Positions 29,547 through 39,548 are shown, counted from the stretch's first letter. The stretch is 64,000 nt of DNA from Promethearchaeati archaeon (GCA_013166775.1 JABLTJ010000005.1:139-64138); one strand, 5' to 3'. Notes: generated by a model not told the origin, from the letters alone. A program made the numbers and translations.

Positions 29547-32213
29547 TTATTTTTTATCCTTTAAAAGCTCTTTAGTTCTTCTAACTAAGTTATTTAAAAT
29601 GTTCAAAGCTTCTATGGGAGCTATCTCTTCAACATCCAATTCAGATATCTCACTCACAATCTCAAGTTGTTTTGAAGGAATTTCTTTATCTTTTGAATTC
29701 TTCAGAGAGTTTTCATTTACAGCTAAAGCAGGAGACTCTTTTATTCTATCTTGTTTATGGAGTTGGGATAATGTATCATTTGCACGATCTATCACTTTTT
29801 TTGGTAATCCTGCCAATGATGCAACATGAATTCCAAAACTTTCACTTATACCACCTTCCTTTAATTTATATAGAAAATGTATTTCTCCATCAACATTCTT
29901 AACCGATACATGATAGTTTTTGACATTGGGCAATCTATCTTCTAATTCAATTAATTCATGATAATGGGTGGCAAAGAGTGTTCTTGGTCCTGTTTTACCA
30001 ATGTTGTTGTGTAAGAATTCTGTAACAGATAATGCAATAGCTACGCCATCATATGTAGAGGTCCCTCTTCCTACTTCATCAAGGATTACTAAGCTTCTTT
30101 CAGTTGCATTATTCAGTATGTTTGCACACTCATACATCTCCACCATAAATGTTGATCTATGTTCTACTAGAACATCATGGGCTCCTATTCGTGTAAATAT
30201 TCTATCGGTTAGCCCTATTTTCGCGAAAGAAGAAGGAACGAAACTCCCCATCTGTGCCATAAGAACTATTAACGCAACTTGTCTCAATAGTGTCGATTTT
30301 CCTCCCATATTGGGTCCAGTTATTATAAGTATTCTATCTCCTTCTTTTTTGAGTAATATGTCATTTGGGATAAACGAAGTGTGTGTAAGAAGTCTTTCTA
30401 CAACTGGATGTCTTCCATCCTTGATTTCAATAATACTCTCATTTGTTATTTCAGGTTTGGAATAATTAAAATAAACAGCATTTTGAGCAAAAGTGGAAAC
30501 AATATCGAGCACTGCAGAATAATACGCATCTTGTTGAATCTTTGTTGCATGAAAGGAGATTTCGATTAAAATCTCATTAAACAATTCTTCTTCCAATGCT
30601 GAAATTTTCTCCTCAGCATTCAGTATTTTCTCTTCATATTCTTTTAATTCAGGAGTAACATATCTCTCTGCATTCACTAGTGTCTGCTTTCTTTCATATT
30701 CTGCTGGAACCTTATCTATTGATGCTTTTGGCACTTCAATATAATACCCAAAAACTTTATTGAATCGAACTTTAAGATTTTTAATCCCTGTACTAACTTT
30801 TTCTCTAGCTTCTAACGAAGTGAGAAACGATTTTCCACTTCTCTGAATTTTCCTTAATTCATCAAGTTCTCCATTGTGTTCATCTCTAATTACGTTGCCG
30901 TCTTTCAAACTAGATGGTACTTCATCAGCGATTCCTGATGAGATAATTGCAGTTACTTCTTTAACAGGATCGAGATTCTTTCTAATTTCTTTGATAAGGT
31001 TTGATTTGAAATCTAACAATAAAGAACGGATATCAGGAATTAATTCTAATGAATCCTTAAGAGCAATTAGATCTCTGGGTCTACTCTTCCCTAAGCATAT
31101 TCTCCCAATTATTCGCTGAATATCGCTCATTTTACTGAGAATGTTTCGTATTTCTTCTCGAGCGATAGTTTCCTTGAATAGAATCTCTGTTGCTTCTACT
31201 CTAGACATTATAACCTCAGAGTTCAAACTTGGTCTTACTATCCAAGAAGTAAGTAATCTTGAACCATTTGGAGTTTTTGTGTTATCTAATATTTGACGAA
31301 GCGTGCCATACTCTGTTCTATCTCTTAGATTTTCTATTAACTCAAGATTCCTAATTGTGTTAGAATCAAGAGACATAAATTCCTGGCCTTCTATTCTGCT
31401 AATTTTAGTAATATTTGGAAACTGCTCGCGTAATTGTGTTTCCTTAATGTAACGCAAAATAGATCCAGCAGCACCTATAGATGGATTATATTCTCCAACC
31501 CCGAATCCTTCTAAACTTAAAACGTTTAGAAGACTACAGACATCTTGTCTTCCTTGTTCTATATCAAAGTAATAATCATCTCTATGTGTTATTGTGCTTT
31601 TGTGCTCATCGTGATAGAATTGAAGATTTTTCCAAAAAGATTCTTCCACTAAGATTTCAGAGGGATTCAATCTAGCTAATTCCAATTCAAGTGAATTGTT
31701 ACTTTCATCACTTTCAAAATCAGTTACTAGAAATTCTCCCGTAGACAAATCAAGAGCAGCCAAACCTATTAAATTCTCGATTTTAGTAATAGAAGCAAGA
31801 TAATTGTTATGTCCCTTTGATAGAGATTCAGGAAGAGTGATTGTTCCACGTGTTACGAGCTGAACAACTCCCCTCTTCACCACTTTCTTAGCTGTCTTTG
31901 GGTCTTCAAGCTGTTCAACAATAGCAACTTTATGACCATTTTCAACCATTTTTGAAATATAAGCATCCACTGCATGATAGGGAACGCCAGCTAATGGAAA
32001 TTTCTTCTCACCCAATGTTCTTGAAGTTAATGTTATGTTTAGAACCTCTGAAGCGATTTTTGCATCTTCATTAAAACACTCGTAAAAATCCCCTGCTCTA
32101 AAGAAGAGTATATACTCGTTATGCTGTTTCTTTATATCTTGCCACTGTTGCATCATAGGAGTTAGCTTAGGTTTCAATTTTCTGTCATCGAATTGCTTCA
32201 TCATAATCACCAT
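29547..32213 (-). CDS. mutS: DNA mismatch repair protein MutS (MutS1 type)
   Basis: 888 aa. Motifs: TPMMQQWQDIK, FFRAGDFYECF, Walker A GPNMGGKST, DEVGRGTSTYDG and THYHEL. The start is one of several Met codons at 32201-32213. Confidence 0.95.
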   Translation of the reverse strand: MVIMMKQFDDRKLKPKLTPMMQQWQDIKKQHNEYILFFRAGDFYECFNEDAKIASEVLNITLTSRTLGEKKFPLAGVPYHAVDAYISKMVENGHKVAIVEQLEDPKTAKKVVKRGVVQLVTRGTITLPESLSKGHNNYLASITKIENLIGLAALDLSTGEFLVTDFESDESNNSLELELARLNPSEILVEESFWKNLQFYHDEHKSTITHRDDYYFDIEQGRQDVCSLLNVLSLEGFGVGEYNPSIGAAGSILRYIKETQLREQFPNITKISRIEGQEFMSLDSNTIRNLELIENLRDRTEYGTLRQILDNTKTPNGSRLLTSWIVRPSLNSEVIMSRVEATEILFKETIAREEIRNILSKMSDIQRIIGRICLGKSRPRDLIALKDSLELIPDIRSLLLDFKSNLIKEIRKNLDPVKEVTAIISSGIADEVPSSLKDGNVIRDEHNGELDELRKIQRSGKSFLTSLEAREKVSTGIKNLKVRFNKVFGYYIEVPKASIDKVPAEYERKQTLVNAERYVTPELKEYEEKILNAEEKISALEEELFNEILIEISFHATKIQQDAYYSAVLDIVSTFAQNAVYFNYSKPEITNESIIEIKDGRHPVVERLLTHTSFIPNDILLKKEGDRILIITGPNMGGKSTLLRQVALIVLMAQMGSFVPSSFAKIGLTDRIFTRIGAHDVLVEHRSTFMVEMYECANILNNATERSLVILDEVGRGTSTYDGVAIALSVTEFLHNNIGKTGPRTLFATHYHELIELEDRLPNVKNYHVSVKNVDGEIHFLYKLKEGGISESFGIHVASLAGLPKKVIDRANDTLSQLHKQDRIKESPALAVNENSLKNSKDKEIPSKQLEIVSEISELDVEEIAPIEALNILNNLVRRTKELLKDKK

Positions 32214-32219
32214 GTAGAA

Positions 32220-33101
32220 TTACTTCAAGAATTTTTCTTTCTTTTGAATATAAAAATCATAAATTTCTTTAGGTTGTTTTTTTGGATCAGCTGCTCCCCA
32301 AGAATAAACTTTTTCTGGCACATCACCTTCAGAATCAAACCATTTTCCCTCATCAATAGTTTTTCTTAGAGAATCAACAATTGCTATTCCTGCACTCGCT
32401 CCTAACCTATTAGCTCCAGCGTTTATCATACGAACGGCAGTTTTAGCATCCTTAATCCCTCCTGCTGCTTTTAATCCGAATTTATCACCTATAGTTTGAC
32501 GCATAAGTAATACATGATCATAGAAAGCACCCATGGGACCAAAACCAGTTGATGTTTTTACAAAATGTGCTTCAGCTTCTTTTACTATTTGACATGCTTT
32601 TATTATTTGTTCGTCTGTAAGATATCCAGTCTCTAAAATAACTTTGACAATTGCACCATCTGCAGCTTTTACAACCTTTTCAATATCATTCTTAATGTAA
32701 GAATAATTTTTATCGTAAAAGGCACCTATATTCAGAACCATATCAATTTCTTGTGCACCAGAGTTAATAGCATCATTTGTTTCGAATTCTTTAGCTTCCG
32801 TTGTGCAAGATCCTAGAGGAAAACCAACTACTGCAGCAACCTCTACATCTGTATTTTTAAGGACTTTAGAGCATAGCTCAACATAACTTGTGTTAACACA
32901 AACAGCAGCAAACTTGTATTCGGCTGCTTCATCACACAATTCTTTGATTCTTTTTCTTGTGGCAAAAGGTTTGAGGTTAGTATGATCAATCAAACCTGCC
33001 ATCTCATCTACTGAAACCTTCTTAGAATACACAAGATGATGAAAGAGTAAAAATACAAAAACATTCCGACTGTTAGGTGGATATTCAAAAACCATAATCA
33101 A
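32220..33101 (-). CDS. deoC: deoxyribose-phosphate aldolase
   Basis: Motifs: LIDHTNLKP, FVKTSTGF (Schiff-base Lys) and LKAAGGI. The first about 30 residues of the ORF look non-native, so the likely start is GTG at 33032 or ATG at 33002. Confidence 0.85.
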   Translation of the reverse strand: MIMVFEYPPNSRNVFVFLLFHHLVYSKKVSVDEMAGLIDHTNLKPFATRKRIKELCDEAAEYKFAAVCVNTSYVELCSKVLKNTDVEVAAVVGFPLGSCTTEAKEFETNDAINSGAQEIDMVLNIGAFYDKNYSYIKNDIEKVVKAADGAIVKVILETGYLTDEQIIKACQIVKEAEAHFVKTSTGFGPMGAFYDHVLLMRQTIGDKFGLKAAGGIKDAKTAVRMINAGANRLGASAGIAIVDSLRKTIDEGKWFDSEGDVPEKVYSWGAADPKKQPKEIYDFYIQKKEKFLK

Positions 33102-33191
33102 GTCTTATGGATAAAAAGTATAAGAAGCCAAAATATTTAAAATCGTTTCTTCTCAATCGGTCAAAGAACAAAAAAGACGAGGTTAGTATTA

Positions 33192-35288
33192 ATGAAAATT
33201 ACTAAAGGTACGTTGTTAACTTTTGCTATACTTTCTATTATTAGTGTGTCATTATTACCCATATTTGGTGTAGGCCAAGAAACCCAAGTATCAAACCATA
33301 ATGACAGCTTACAGAACATCAATGAAAATCCCACTAATCAATTTAGAGACGCCATTTATACTGGTGGTGATTATTATGATTATGGGTTAAATGCTACTGC
33401 TAAATTTAACAGAACAGTTAACTTTGAGCATTTTGGGGTAGCATCCATTTTAGATTCGATTGAAGTAAACATAATTGGCAATGTTAATTTAACCTATTTC
33501 AACTATACATTACCTAATTTAAATACAGGAAATATAACATTCATCAGCTTCCGTGTAGCAAATAATTCACTTGAGGATATCGCATACAAAAACGCAACTC
33601 GAACCTATACCTTTAGTAGTTTAATAAATTACACAACATATCTGGTTCCATTTTATGAAAACAGAACCGAAATTGGTATGGGTGATAAATACTATATTAG
33701 TGTCTACATTGAATTAGCACAACCTTTTGACTATACTATTGTAAACAAAGAACAACTATTGCATTTCTCTGAACTTTTCTATCCTCTCATAAACAACATT
33801 CCAATCATTAGTAATAGTTCGGTTGTGGTGAATAAGCAAGGTAATGACCTTTTTGTTGATAATGAAGAGTTTCGAATAACTCCAAACAATTCAACAGAAA
33901 ATCTCATTCTCCTTAGTTTACCTGAACAAGATAGATTAGAATGGACCAATATCACAAGACATCCTTTCAATTACAGTCAAGAATATGATGATGACTTGAT
34001 TATGAATGTTTATGTCTCATCTGTGAGCACAGTTGAAGCATTAGAAGATGCTACTAACACAATTTTATTCAAAGCAAATTATGTTCATCGCACAGTAGAA
34101 ATTGACCCTTATGGTCTAGCTATTGTAACTGAAGAACAAAATCTTGTTTTCCTAGGACCTGATTGGCCAGAAGATACGTCTCTGATTCTTGTCAAATTAT
34201 ATGGTTTAAATGCATTTACTATTGTTCTTCCTGCAAATGCAACGATTCTAGCATTAGACGATGAAATTGGAGGATTGAATTTGTTGTATCAATTGGATGA
34301 AGACACTTTCTTCGAAAGAGGGTCTTACAATTTACGTGAAAGTATCTTTACAGGACTTCAAGGATTAGTTATATTCCCACGATCCCCTCTTTTCAAAGGG
34401 GATGAGATGACTTTCACAATCAAGTATAAAGTTCCGTTGGATGTATTTTTATCTAGAGAAGAATCAACCACCAATTACAAGTTAAGACTCAGTCCATGCT
34501 CTATTATTAATTGGACAGTGGATGAGTTGAAATTGGATATAATCTTACCTAAAGGTGCAGTATATCGTTCTTACAACTATTTTAGTCCTGACCCATATCA
34601 GGAATTCGTTTTGGGCTATGATAGGACTTTTGATTTAAGCAGTCTTGGTTTCAAAAGAACTCTTCACTTTTCTACAACAGTATTTTCCGGAAGTGATAAT
34701 GCTCCTATTGAAGTGCTTTTTACTTATAATAGAGCAAATCTTTGGATTACTTATTTCTTCCAGATAATTGCAGTTGGTATAATTTTCGCTATTTATCTAG
34801 GAATTAGATACTCTACAAAAGCAGCAAAGGAAATCATTGGTGAAGAGGAGAAAGAATCCATTCCTACTGATGAAGTTGAGGAATTTGTTAAACAATACGA
34901 AGAGGTTTTAGCACTTAGAGAAAGATTACGTGAAACCCGAGCAAAAATAGCTTCCAAGAAACTGAAAGCAAGACAAGGAAAGGAAATCCAAACACAACTG
35001 CAAAAACGTTTACGTGCTGAAGAAGAAGGTTTGAAACTTGCAAAACAAAATCTTGTCCAACATGGAAGAAGATACAAAGAATCCGTTCAAAAAGTTGAGA
35101 TAGCTGAACGAAAACTCCTAGAAGAGAGAAGAAACCTTAGATTACTTCAGCAAGAATATAGAGAAAAGAAAACCATGACTAAGGAATCCTATGTTAAACT
35201 ATTCAGAGAGAGACAACAAACAATTGAAAAACTAAAGAACGAGATCAATGGGATTCTTGTAACCCTAAGAATGCTTTTAGAACCTTAA
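33192..35288 (+). CDS. ribophorin I / OST1-like type-I membrane protein with coiled-coil cytoplasmic tail
   Basis: 698 aa with a signal peptide, a sequon-rich ectodomain, one TM helix (about 34740-34805) and a K/E/R/Q coiled-coil tail. Four colinear blocks resemble mammalian ribophorin I from memory: HRTVEIDPYGLAIVTEEQNL, FTIVLPANA..DDEIGG, FPRSPLFKGDEMTFTIKYKVP and LDIILPKGA. Confidence 0.65.
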   Translation: MKITKGTLLTFAILSIISVSLLPIFGVGQETQVSNHNDSLQNINENPTNQFRDAIYTGGDYYDYGLNATAKFNRTVNFEHFGVASILDSIEVNIIGNVNLTYFNYTLPNLNTGNITFISFRVANNSLEDIAYKNATRTYTFSSLINYTTYLVPFYENRTEIGMGDKYYISVYIELAQPFDYTIVNKEQLLHFSELFYPLINNIPIISNSSVVVNKQGNDLFVDNEEFRITPNNSTENLILLSLPEQDRLEWTNITRHPFNYSQEYDDDLIMNVYVSSVSTVEALEDATNTILFKANYVHRTVEIDPYGLAIVTEEQNLVFLGPDWPEDTSLILVKLYGLNAFTIVLPANATILALDDEIGGLNLLYQLDEDTFFERGSYNLRESIFTGLQGLVIFPRSPLFKGDEMTFTIKYKVPLDVFLSREESTTNYKLRLSPCSIINWTVDELKLDIILPKGAVYRSYNYFSPDPYQEFVLGYDRTFDLSSLGFKRTLHFSTTVFSGSDNAPIEVLFTYNRANLWITYFFQIIAVGIIFAIYLGIRYSTKAAKEIIGEEEKESIPTDEVEEFVKQYEEVLALRERLRETRAKIASKKLKARQGKEIQTQLQKRLRAEEEGLKLAKQNLVQHGRRYKESVQKVEIAERKLLEERRNLRLLQQEYREKKTMTKESYVKLFRERQQTIEKLKNEINGILVTLRMLLEP

Positions 35289-35403
35289 ATTCTCACTCAT
35301 TTTTCTTTTCTTTATTTTTATTCCTTTTTTTTCCTTTGGATACTCTACAAATATTTATAAGAAAATGAATTGAAACTTCTTTAACAGATAACTGAGTGTA
35401 AAC

Positions 35404-35808
35404 ATGCATCTTGAAAGTGTTATTGAAAGTGCCGAAGTCATAAAGAAAGAGGTTCCTGGATTATCTGAAGTAGCAAAAGAACTAGCAAGAGTTCTAAAGA
35501 AGGGAAGATTTTTTTTGAATAAGCTATTTGATATTTGCAGTAGAGAGGGACTGAACATAGATTTAAATCCAGAAGAACAGAATGAAATTTCATTGAAGGT
35601 TGCTTTAGTAACAAATCCAGACCAAGTTTTTCAATATGCACGTGTTGTTCAACTAGTTTTTCAGTTGAACTATTTTACTAAATGTTATGAGAAAGCAATA
35701 GGACACGGAAAATTATCTGATTCTGTGAAAAAAGAAGCAAAAACAATTTTAAAAGAAATTGATAGATTCAGAAAATTAATAGAAAAAGAGTATGTTGCAA
35801 GCATTTAA
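35404..35808 (+). CDS. hypothetical helical protein
   Basis: 134-aa ORF, all-helical by composition, with no recognisable motif. The two antisense ORFs in the track are less plausible. Confidence 0.35.
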   Translation: MHLESVIESAEVIKKEVPGLSEVAKELARVLKKGRFFLNKLFDICSREGLNIDLNPEEQNEISLKVALVTNPDQVFQYARVVQLVFQLNYFTKCYEKAIGHGKLSDSVKKEAKTILKEIDRFRKLIEKEYVASI

Positions 35809-35890
35809 GATATGATAATCACTAGTAAATACAATCTTAAACTATTAAGAGCGAACTGAATTTTTGTGATAAAATCAGTGGGTTATTGGA

Positions 35891-36655
35891 ATGCTTAACG
35901 AGAAAGAAAAAGAGAAATATAATAGACAAACAATAATACCAAATTTTGGTCAAAAGGGCCAAATAAAATTAAAAAACAGCAAAGTATTGGTCATAGGATT
36001 AGGGGGGCTTGGTTCAGCAGTTTTACATTATCTAGTATGTGCTGGTGTCGGATACATTGGAATAGTTGACAAAGACAAAGTAGAACTATCTAATCTGAAT
36101 AGACAAATTCTTCATTATGAAACAAGCGTTGGTAAGAACAAAACTACTTCAGCTAAAGATAAAATGAATCAACTTAATCAGGACGTATTAATTGAGGAAT
36201 TTAATCTAACGCTAGATGAGGAGAATATTGAATCTATTATATCAGGATATGATTTTATAGTGGAAGCTAGTGATAATTTTGAAACTAAATTCTTGGTAAA
36301 TGACACTTGTGTAAAAATAGGGATTCCTTTTGTAATAGGGGGAGTTCATCAATTCGAAGGACAGATAATTACTGTAATTCCCAAATTTTCTGCTTGTTAT
36401 CGTTGCGTTTTCAAAGAGATACCTGAAAAAGGGTCTTATCCAACAACATCTGAGGAAGGAATAATTGGAACAACAGCAGGTCTTTTTGGAGTTGTTGAAG
36501 CAAATGAAGTCATTAAATTTCTTGTTTTCAAGGATTATGGTAAATTGCTAGTTAACAAGATGCTGTATATAGATTTACAATACAATACATTTGATACTTT
36601 CCAAGTAAATAGGGATGAAACTTGTAGTATTTGTTCAGAAAATCACAATAAATGA
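35891..36655 (+). CDS. ThiF/MoeB/UbaA-family E1-like adenylyltransferase
   Basis: 254 aa. It has the GLGGLGSAVLHYLVCAGVGYIGIVDKDKVELSNLNRQ nucleotide-binding motif and two CxxC pairs (CYRC, CSIC). Confidence 0.85.
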   Translation: MLNEKEKEKYNRQTIIPNFGQKGQIKLKNSKVLVIGLGGLGSAVLHYLVCAGVGYIGIVDKDKVELSNLNRQILHYETSVGKNKTTSAKDKMNQLNQDVLIEEFNLTLDEENIESIISGYDFIVEASDNFETKFLVNDTCVKIGIPFVIGGVHQFEGQIITVIPKFSACYRCVFKEIPEKGSYPTTSEEGIIGTTAGLFGVVEANEVIKFLVFKDYGKLLVNKMLYIDLQYNTFDTFQVNRDETCSICSENHNK

Positions 36656-36729
36656 AATCTATAAATCCAAGTTTTTACAACAAATTCTGTTTTAAAAGAA
36701 TGTTTTAAAATCCATAAATATTTCAAAGG

Positions 36730-37422
36730 ATGAAGAGGATGAAACATATACCTATTGATGAAGATAAAGAAATCGAAGATCCTTATTCTTCAACTCCTGT
36801 GAGGAGGATTATAGGGCATCATACTCTCGATATGCTCAGCTTTCAGAATTTGTCAAACATATATATGATAATTGCACCAATTGTGGTTTTAGTAATTCTT
36901 GTAGCTATAAAGTTGGGAACCTTTGCAATTTTGATCAATAAAATGAATTTTGAACCATCATTGAATCCTAATCTAAATGTAGACTTCATGAGAATAAAAG
37001 AAAGTCTCTACTTGGGGATTCTAGTTACTACTATACCTCAAATTCTACTGTGGGCAACATTATTATACCCTCTACTTAAAATGCTGGGGGGAAAAGGAGA
37101 TTATTTTAGAACATTGTCTATATATAGTACAGCCCATATCCCTGTTGTTATAGGTTCTTTCATTTTGTTGTTGATAGCTATTGCTCAACCAATAGCAACA
37201 ATTCCCACAAATGTGGAAAATTTCAACATTGTTGAAGCTTTCAACTATGTAACACAAGGTTATAGAATAGCAAATTTCATCATACTTCCAGTAACATCAC
37301 TTTATACTCATGTAATTGCAGGAACAGGTTTGGGTGCTGAGCATAAAATACCTCAACTTCTTGGAATAATTATAGGAGTTATAGCAAGTATTTTAGCAAT
37401 TCTGTTCTATTTCTTGGTATAA
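36730..37422 (+). CDS. Yip1-domain-like membrane protein
   Basis: 230 aa with about 5 TM helices. LKMLGGKGDYFRTLSIYSTAHIPVVIG repeats the LGGxG....GY..P pattern seen in the ORF at 7722. Confidence 0.5.
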   Translation: MKRMKHIPIDEDKEIEDPYSSTPVRRIIGHHTLDMLSFQNLSNIYMIIAPIVVLVILVAIKLGTFAILINKMNFEPSLNPNLNVDFMRIKESLYLGILVTTIPQILLWATLLYPLLKMLGGKGDYFRTLSIYSTAHIPVVIGSFILLLIAIAQPIATIPTNVENFNIVEAFNYVTQGYRIANFIILPVTSLYTHVIAGTGLGAEHKIPQLLGIIIGVIASILAILFYFLV

Positions 37423-37483
37423 TTTTTTGCTAAATATTCTTGATAAACACTTTTTAAAGCTTTAAAAGAACAAGTATATCATA

Positions 37484-38482
37484 ATGATAAAAACCAATAT
37501 CTCCTTAATTGGCTGTGGTGCTGTAGCCGAATATTATCATCTTCCTGTATTGCAAAGGATGCCAGAGTTTAATATTAAATATCTGGTGGATTTAGACCAA
37601 AACAGATCTACATACTTAAAAAAACTATATAGGTTAGAGTCAGAGACGGTAGATGACTTAGATATTGTTCTAAAAGACGATCAAATTGACGCTGTTTTAC
37701 TGCTAACCCCCCCTAAGTTACATAAAGATCAAATTGTCAAAGCAGCTAAAGCTGGAAAACATATATTTTGTGAAAAACCATTGGCAATGGATAATGAAGA
37801 AACTAAGGAGATTCTGCAGGTGTGCAAACAAGAAAATGTTAATCTTCTCGTAGGTTATCAAATGCGCTTTGATGGAAAATATTCTAAGATTAAGGAATTA
37901 ATTTCCAAAAAATTGTTTGGAGAGATTATTGGAGGTCATGGTTTACATTTTGCTAATGCTTTTGAGTGGCCTAGTATAACAAAGTTCCAGACTGATAGAA
38001 GTCAAGGCGGTGGGGCATTATTTGAAATGATGCATTTTGTTGATCTTACCACCTGGTTTTTTGGTAAAGCAATATCATTACAATCACAAATTTCAACAAG
38101 AAATAAGAAATCTCAGGTAGATGATAGCGCTTATCTTTCAATTAATTTTGAAAACGATATTCATGTTTCTCTTCATATAGGTTGGAACAAATTAACTGTT
38201 AACTCTTTTACAGTTTTTGGAACAGAAGGTTATGTAAGAGCACTTTCTGATACAAAGAAACTACATTTTCATGCTAAAGATCTTCTTGCCCAACCTCCTA
38301 TTTTGATAAGACCTAATCACAGTATTTCCCCCTTCCATGATGAATTATTACATTTTCATAACATAGTTCAAGGAAAAGAAAAACCTATTACAACTGCTAA
38401 CGAAATACTGCAAAATTCTGTAATTATAGAAAAATCATATGAGCAGCAATCAGAAAGCAACTTAATTCACTTGGGGGAATAA
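37484..38482 (+). CDS. Gfo/Idh/MocA-family NAD(P)-dependent oxidoreductase
   Basis: 332 aa. It has an N-terminal Rossmann segment ISLIGCGAVAEYYHLP, the catalytic-region motif EKPLAM, and length and layout typical of the family. Confidence 0.85.
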   Translation: MIKTNISLIGCGAVAEYYHLPVLQRMPEFNIKYLVDLDQNRSTYLKKLYRLESETVDDLDIVLKDDQIDAVLLLTPPKLHKDQIVKAAKAGKHIFCEKPLAMDNEETKEILQVCKQENVNLLVGYQMRFDGKYSKIKELISKKLFGEIIGGHGLHFANAFEWPSITKFQTDRSQGGGALFEMMHFVDLTTWFFGKAISLQSQISTRNKKSQVDDSAYLSINFENDIHVSLHIGWNKLTVNSFTVFGTEGYVRALSDTKKLHFHAKDLLAQPPILIRPNHSISPFHDELLHFHNIVQGKEKPITTANEILQNSVIIEKSYEQQSESNLIHLGE

Positions 38483-38486
38483 TGTA

Positions 38487-39548
38487 ATGTCCTTGGTGGT
38501 AGTAAAAACAGAAGTAGATCTTTCAAATCTAGATAAGAATGTTAGTGATGCTTTGAAGGAACTTAACTTTGAAATTAAGGACAATGACATCATCACCATT
38601 AAGCCAAATCTATGCGATTACAGACCCTCTGAGCAAGGAGGGACAACAGATCCTCTTGTTGTCGAAGCAGTGATCAAATATATTAGAACCTTATCTAATT
38701 GTCCAATAAACATTGTTGAGAGTGATCATGCTTTAGCAATTGCTGATGATGAATTTGAGAGAATGGGATATTTGTATTTGGAGAAAGAATATGAGAATGT
38801 TAAAGTTATTAATTTAACTAAAGAAAAGCACCACAGGTTATATCTCGGTGGATTTTATTTTGATGAATTCTCAGCACCAGAAGTGTTACTTAAAACAACC
38901 AAATTAGTTAATGTTGCTAAATTAAAAACACATACGCAAACAAAGATTACTTGCATTTTAAAGAATCAGTTTGGTCTGGTGTCCCGAAGATACAAGAAAA
39001 GATATCATCCTTTTCTAAGTGAAGTGATTCTAGATCTCATCAAACTGTTTCCCCCAACTCTTTCAATAATAGATGGGCTAGTTGCTATGGAAGGCTCCGG
39101 TCCCTCTGATGGAGATCGAAGAGATTCTAAAATCCTTATTTGTGGTAATGATCCAGTAACAACTGATATTATTGCAGCGCGAGTAATGGGTATTAAACCT
39201 CTGACTGTACCTGTAATAAAGCTGGCAAAGAAAAAGAAGGTTAGTAACCTAAAATACAATCTAATAGGTACTCTGCCCAAACTGAAATTCAAACACATGC
39301 CGTGGTATTCTTATCTTATGCGACGATATGGTTTAAATTCACATAAGAGAGCTGCTAGAAAATATGCAAAGAAGAAAAAGAGATCTGAATTCTATTCAGA
39401 TGTAGCTGCTGGCTTTCTTGTTCTAAAACAAGGAAATTATTCCACTCTACAATCAGGACTTATTGATAGACAAATTTTCTTCAGAGTTTTCAAGGGGATG
39501 CTAAAACGACCTTTTGTTAGAATTAAGTTAAAACTAAAAGGTATTTAG
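38487..39548 (+). CDS. DUF362-domain protein with highly basic C-terminal tail
   Basis: 353 aa. IITIKPNLC, VESDHA, AKLKTHTQT and IIDGLVAMEGSGP fit my memory of DUF362. The last about 90 residues are rich in K/R. It starts 4 nt after the stop of the upstream gene. Confidence 0.55.
   Translation: MSLVVVKTEVDLSNLDKNVSDALKELNFEIKDNDIITIKPNLCDYRPSEQGGTTDPLVVEAVIKYIRTLSNCPINIVESDHALAIADDEFERMGYLYLEKEYENVKVINLTKEKHHRLYLGGFYFDEFSAPEVLLKTTKLVNVAKLKTHTQTKITCILKNQFGLVSRRYKKRYHPFLSEVILDLIKLFPPTLSIIDGLVAMEGSGPSDGDRRDSKILICGNDPVTTDIIAARVMGIKPLTVPVIKLAKKKKVSNLKYNLIGTLPKLKFKHMPWYSYLMRRYGLNSHKRAARKYAKKKKRSEFYSDVAAGFLVLKQGNYSTLQSGLIDRQIFFRVFKGMLKRPFVRIKLKLKGI

Noticed and set aside
29599-31675. Six plus-strand ORFs (62-165 aa) inside mutS, and similar antisense ORFs inside aCPSF1, Nop2/Sun, the decarboxylase, GT2, GT4, metG, pepF and others
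   Set aside because: Each is fully embedded antisense in a gene with unambiguous family motifs. Such open frames are common in AT-rich DNA, and none has a recognisable domain.
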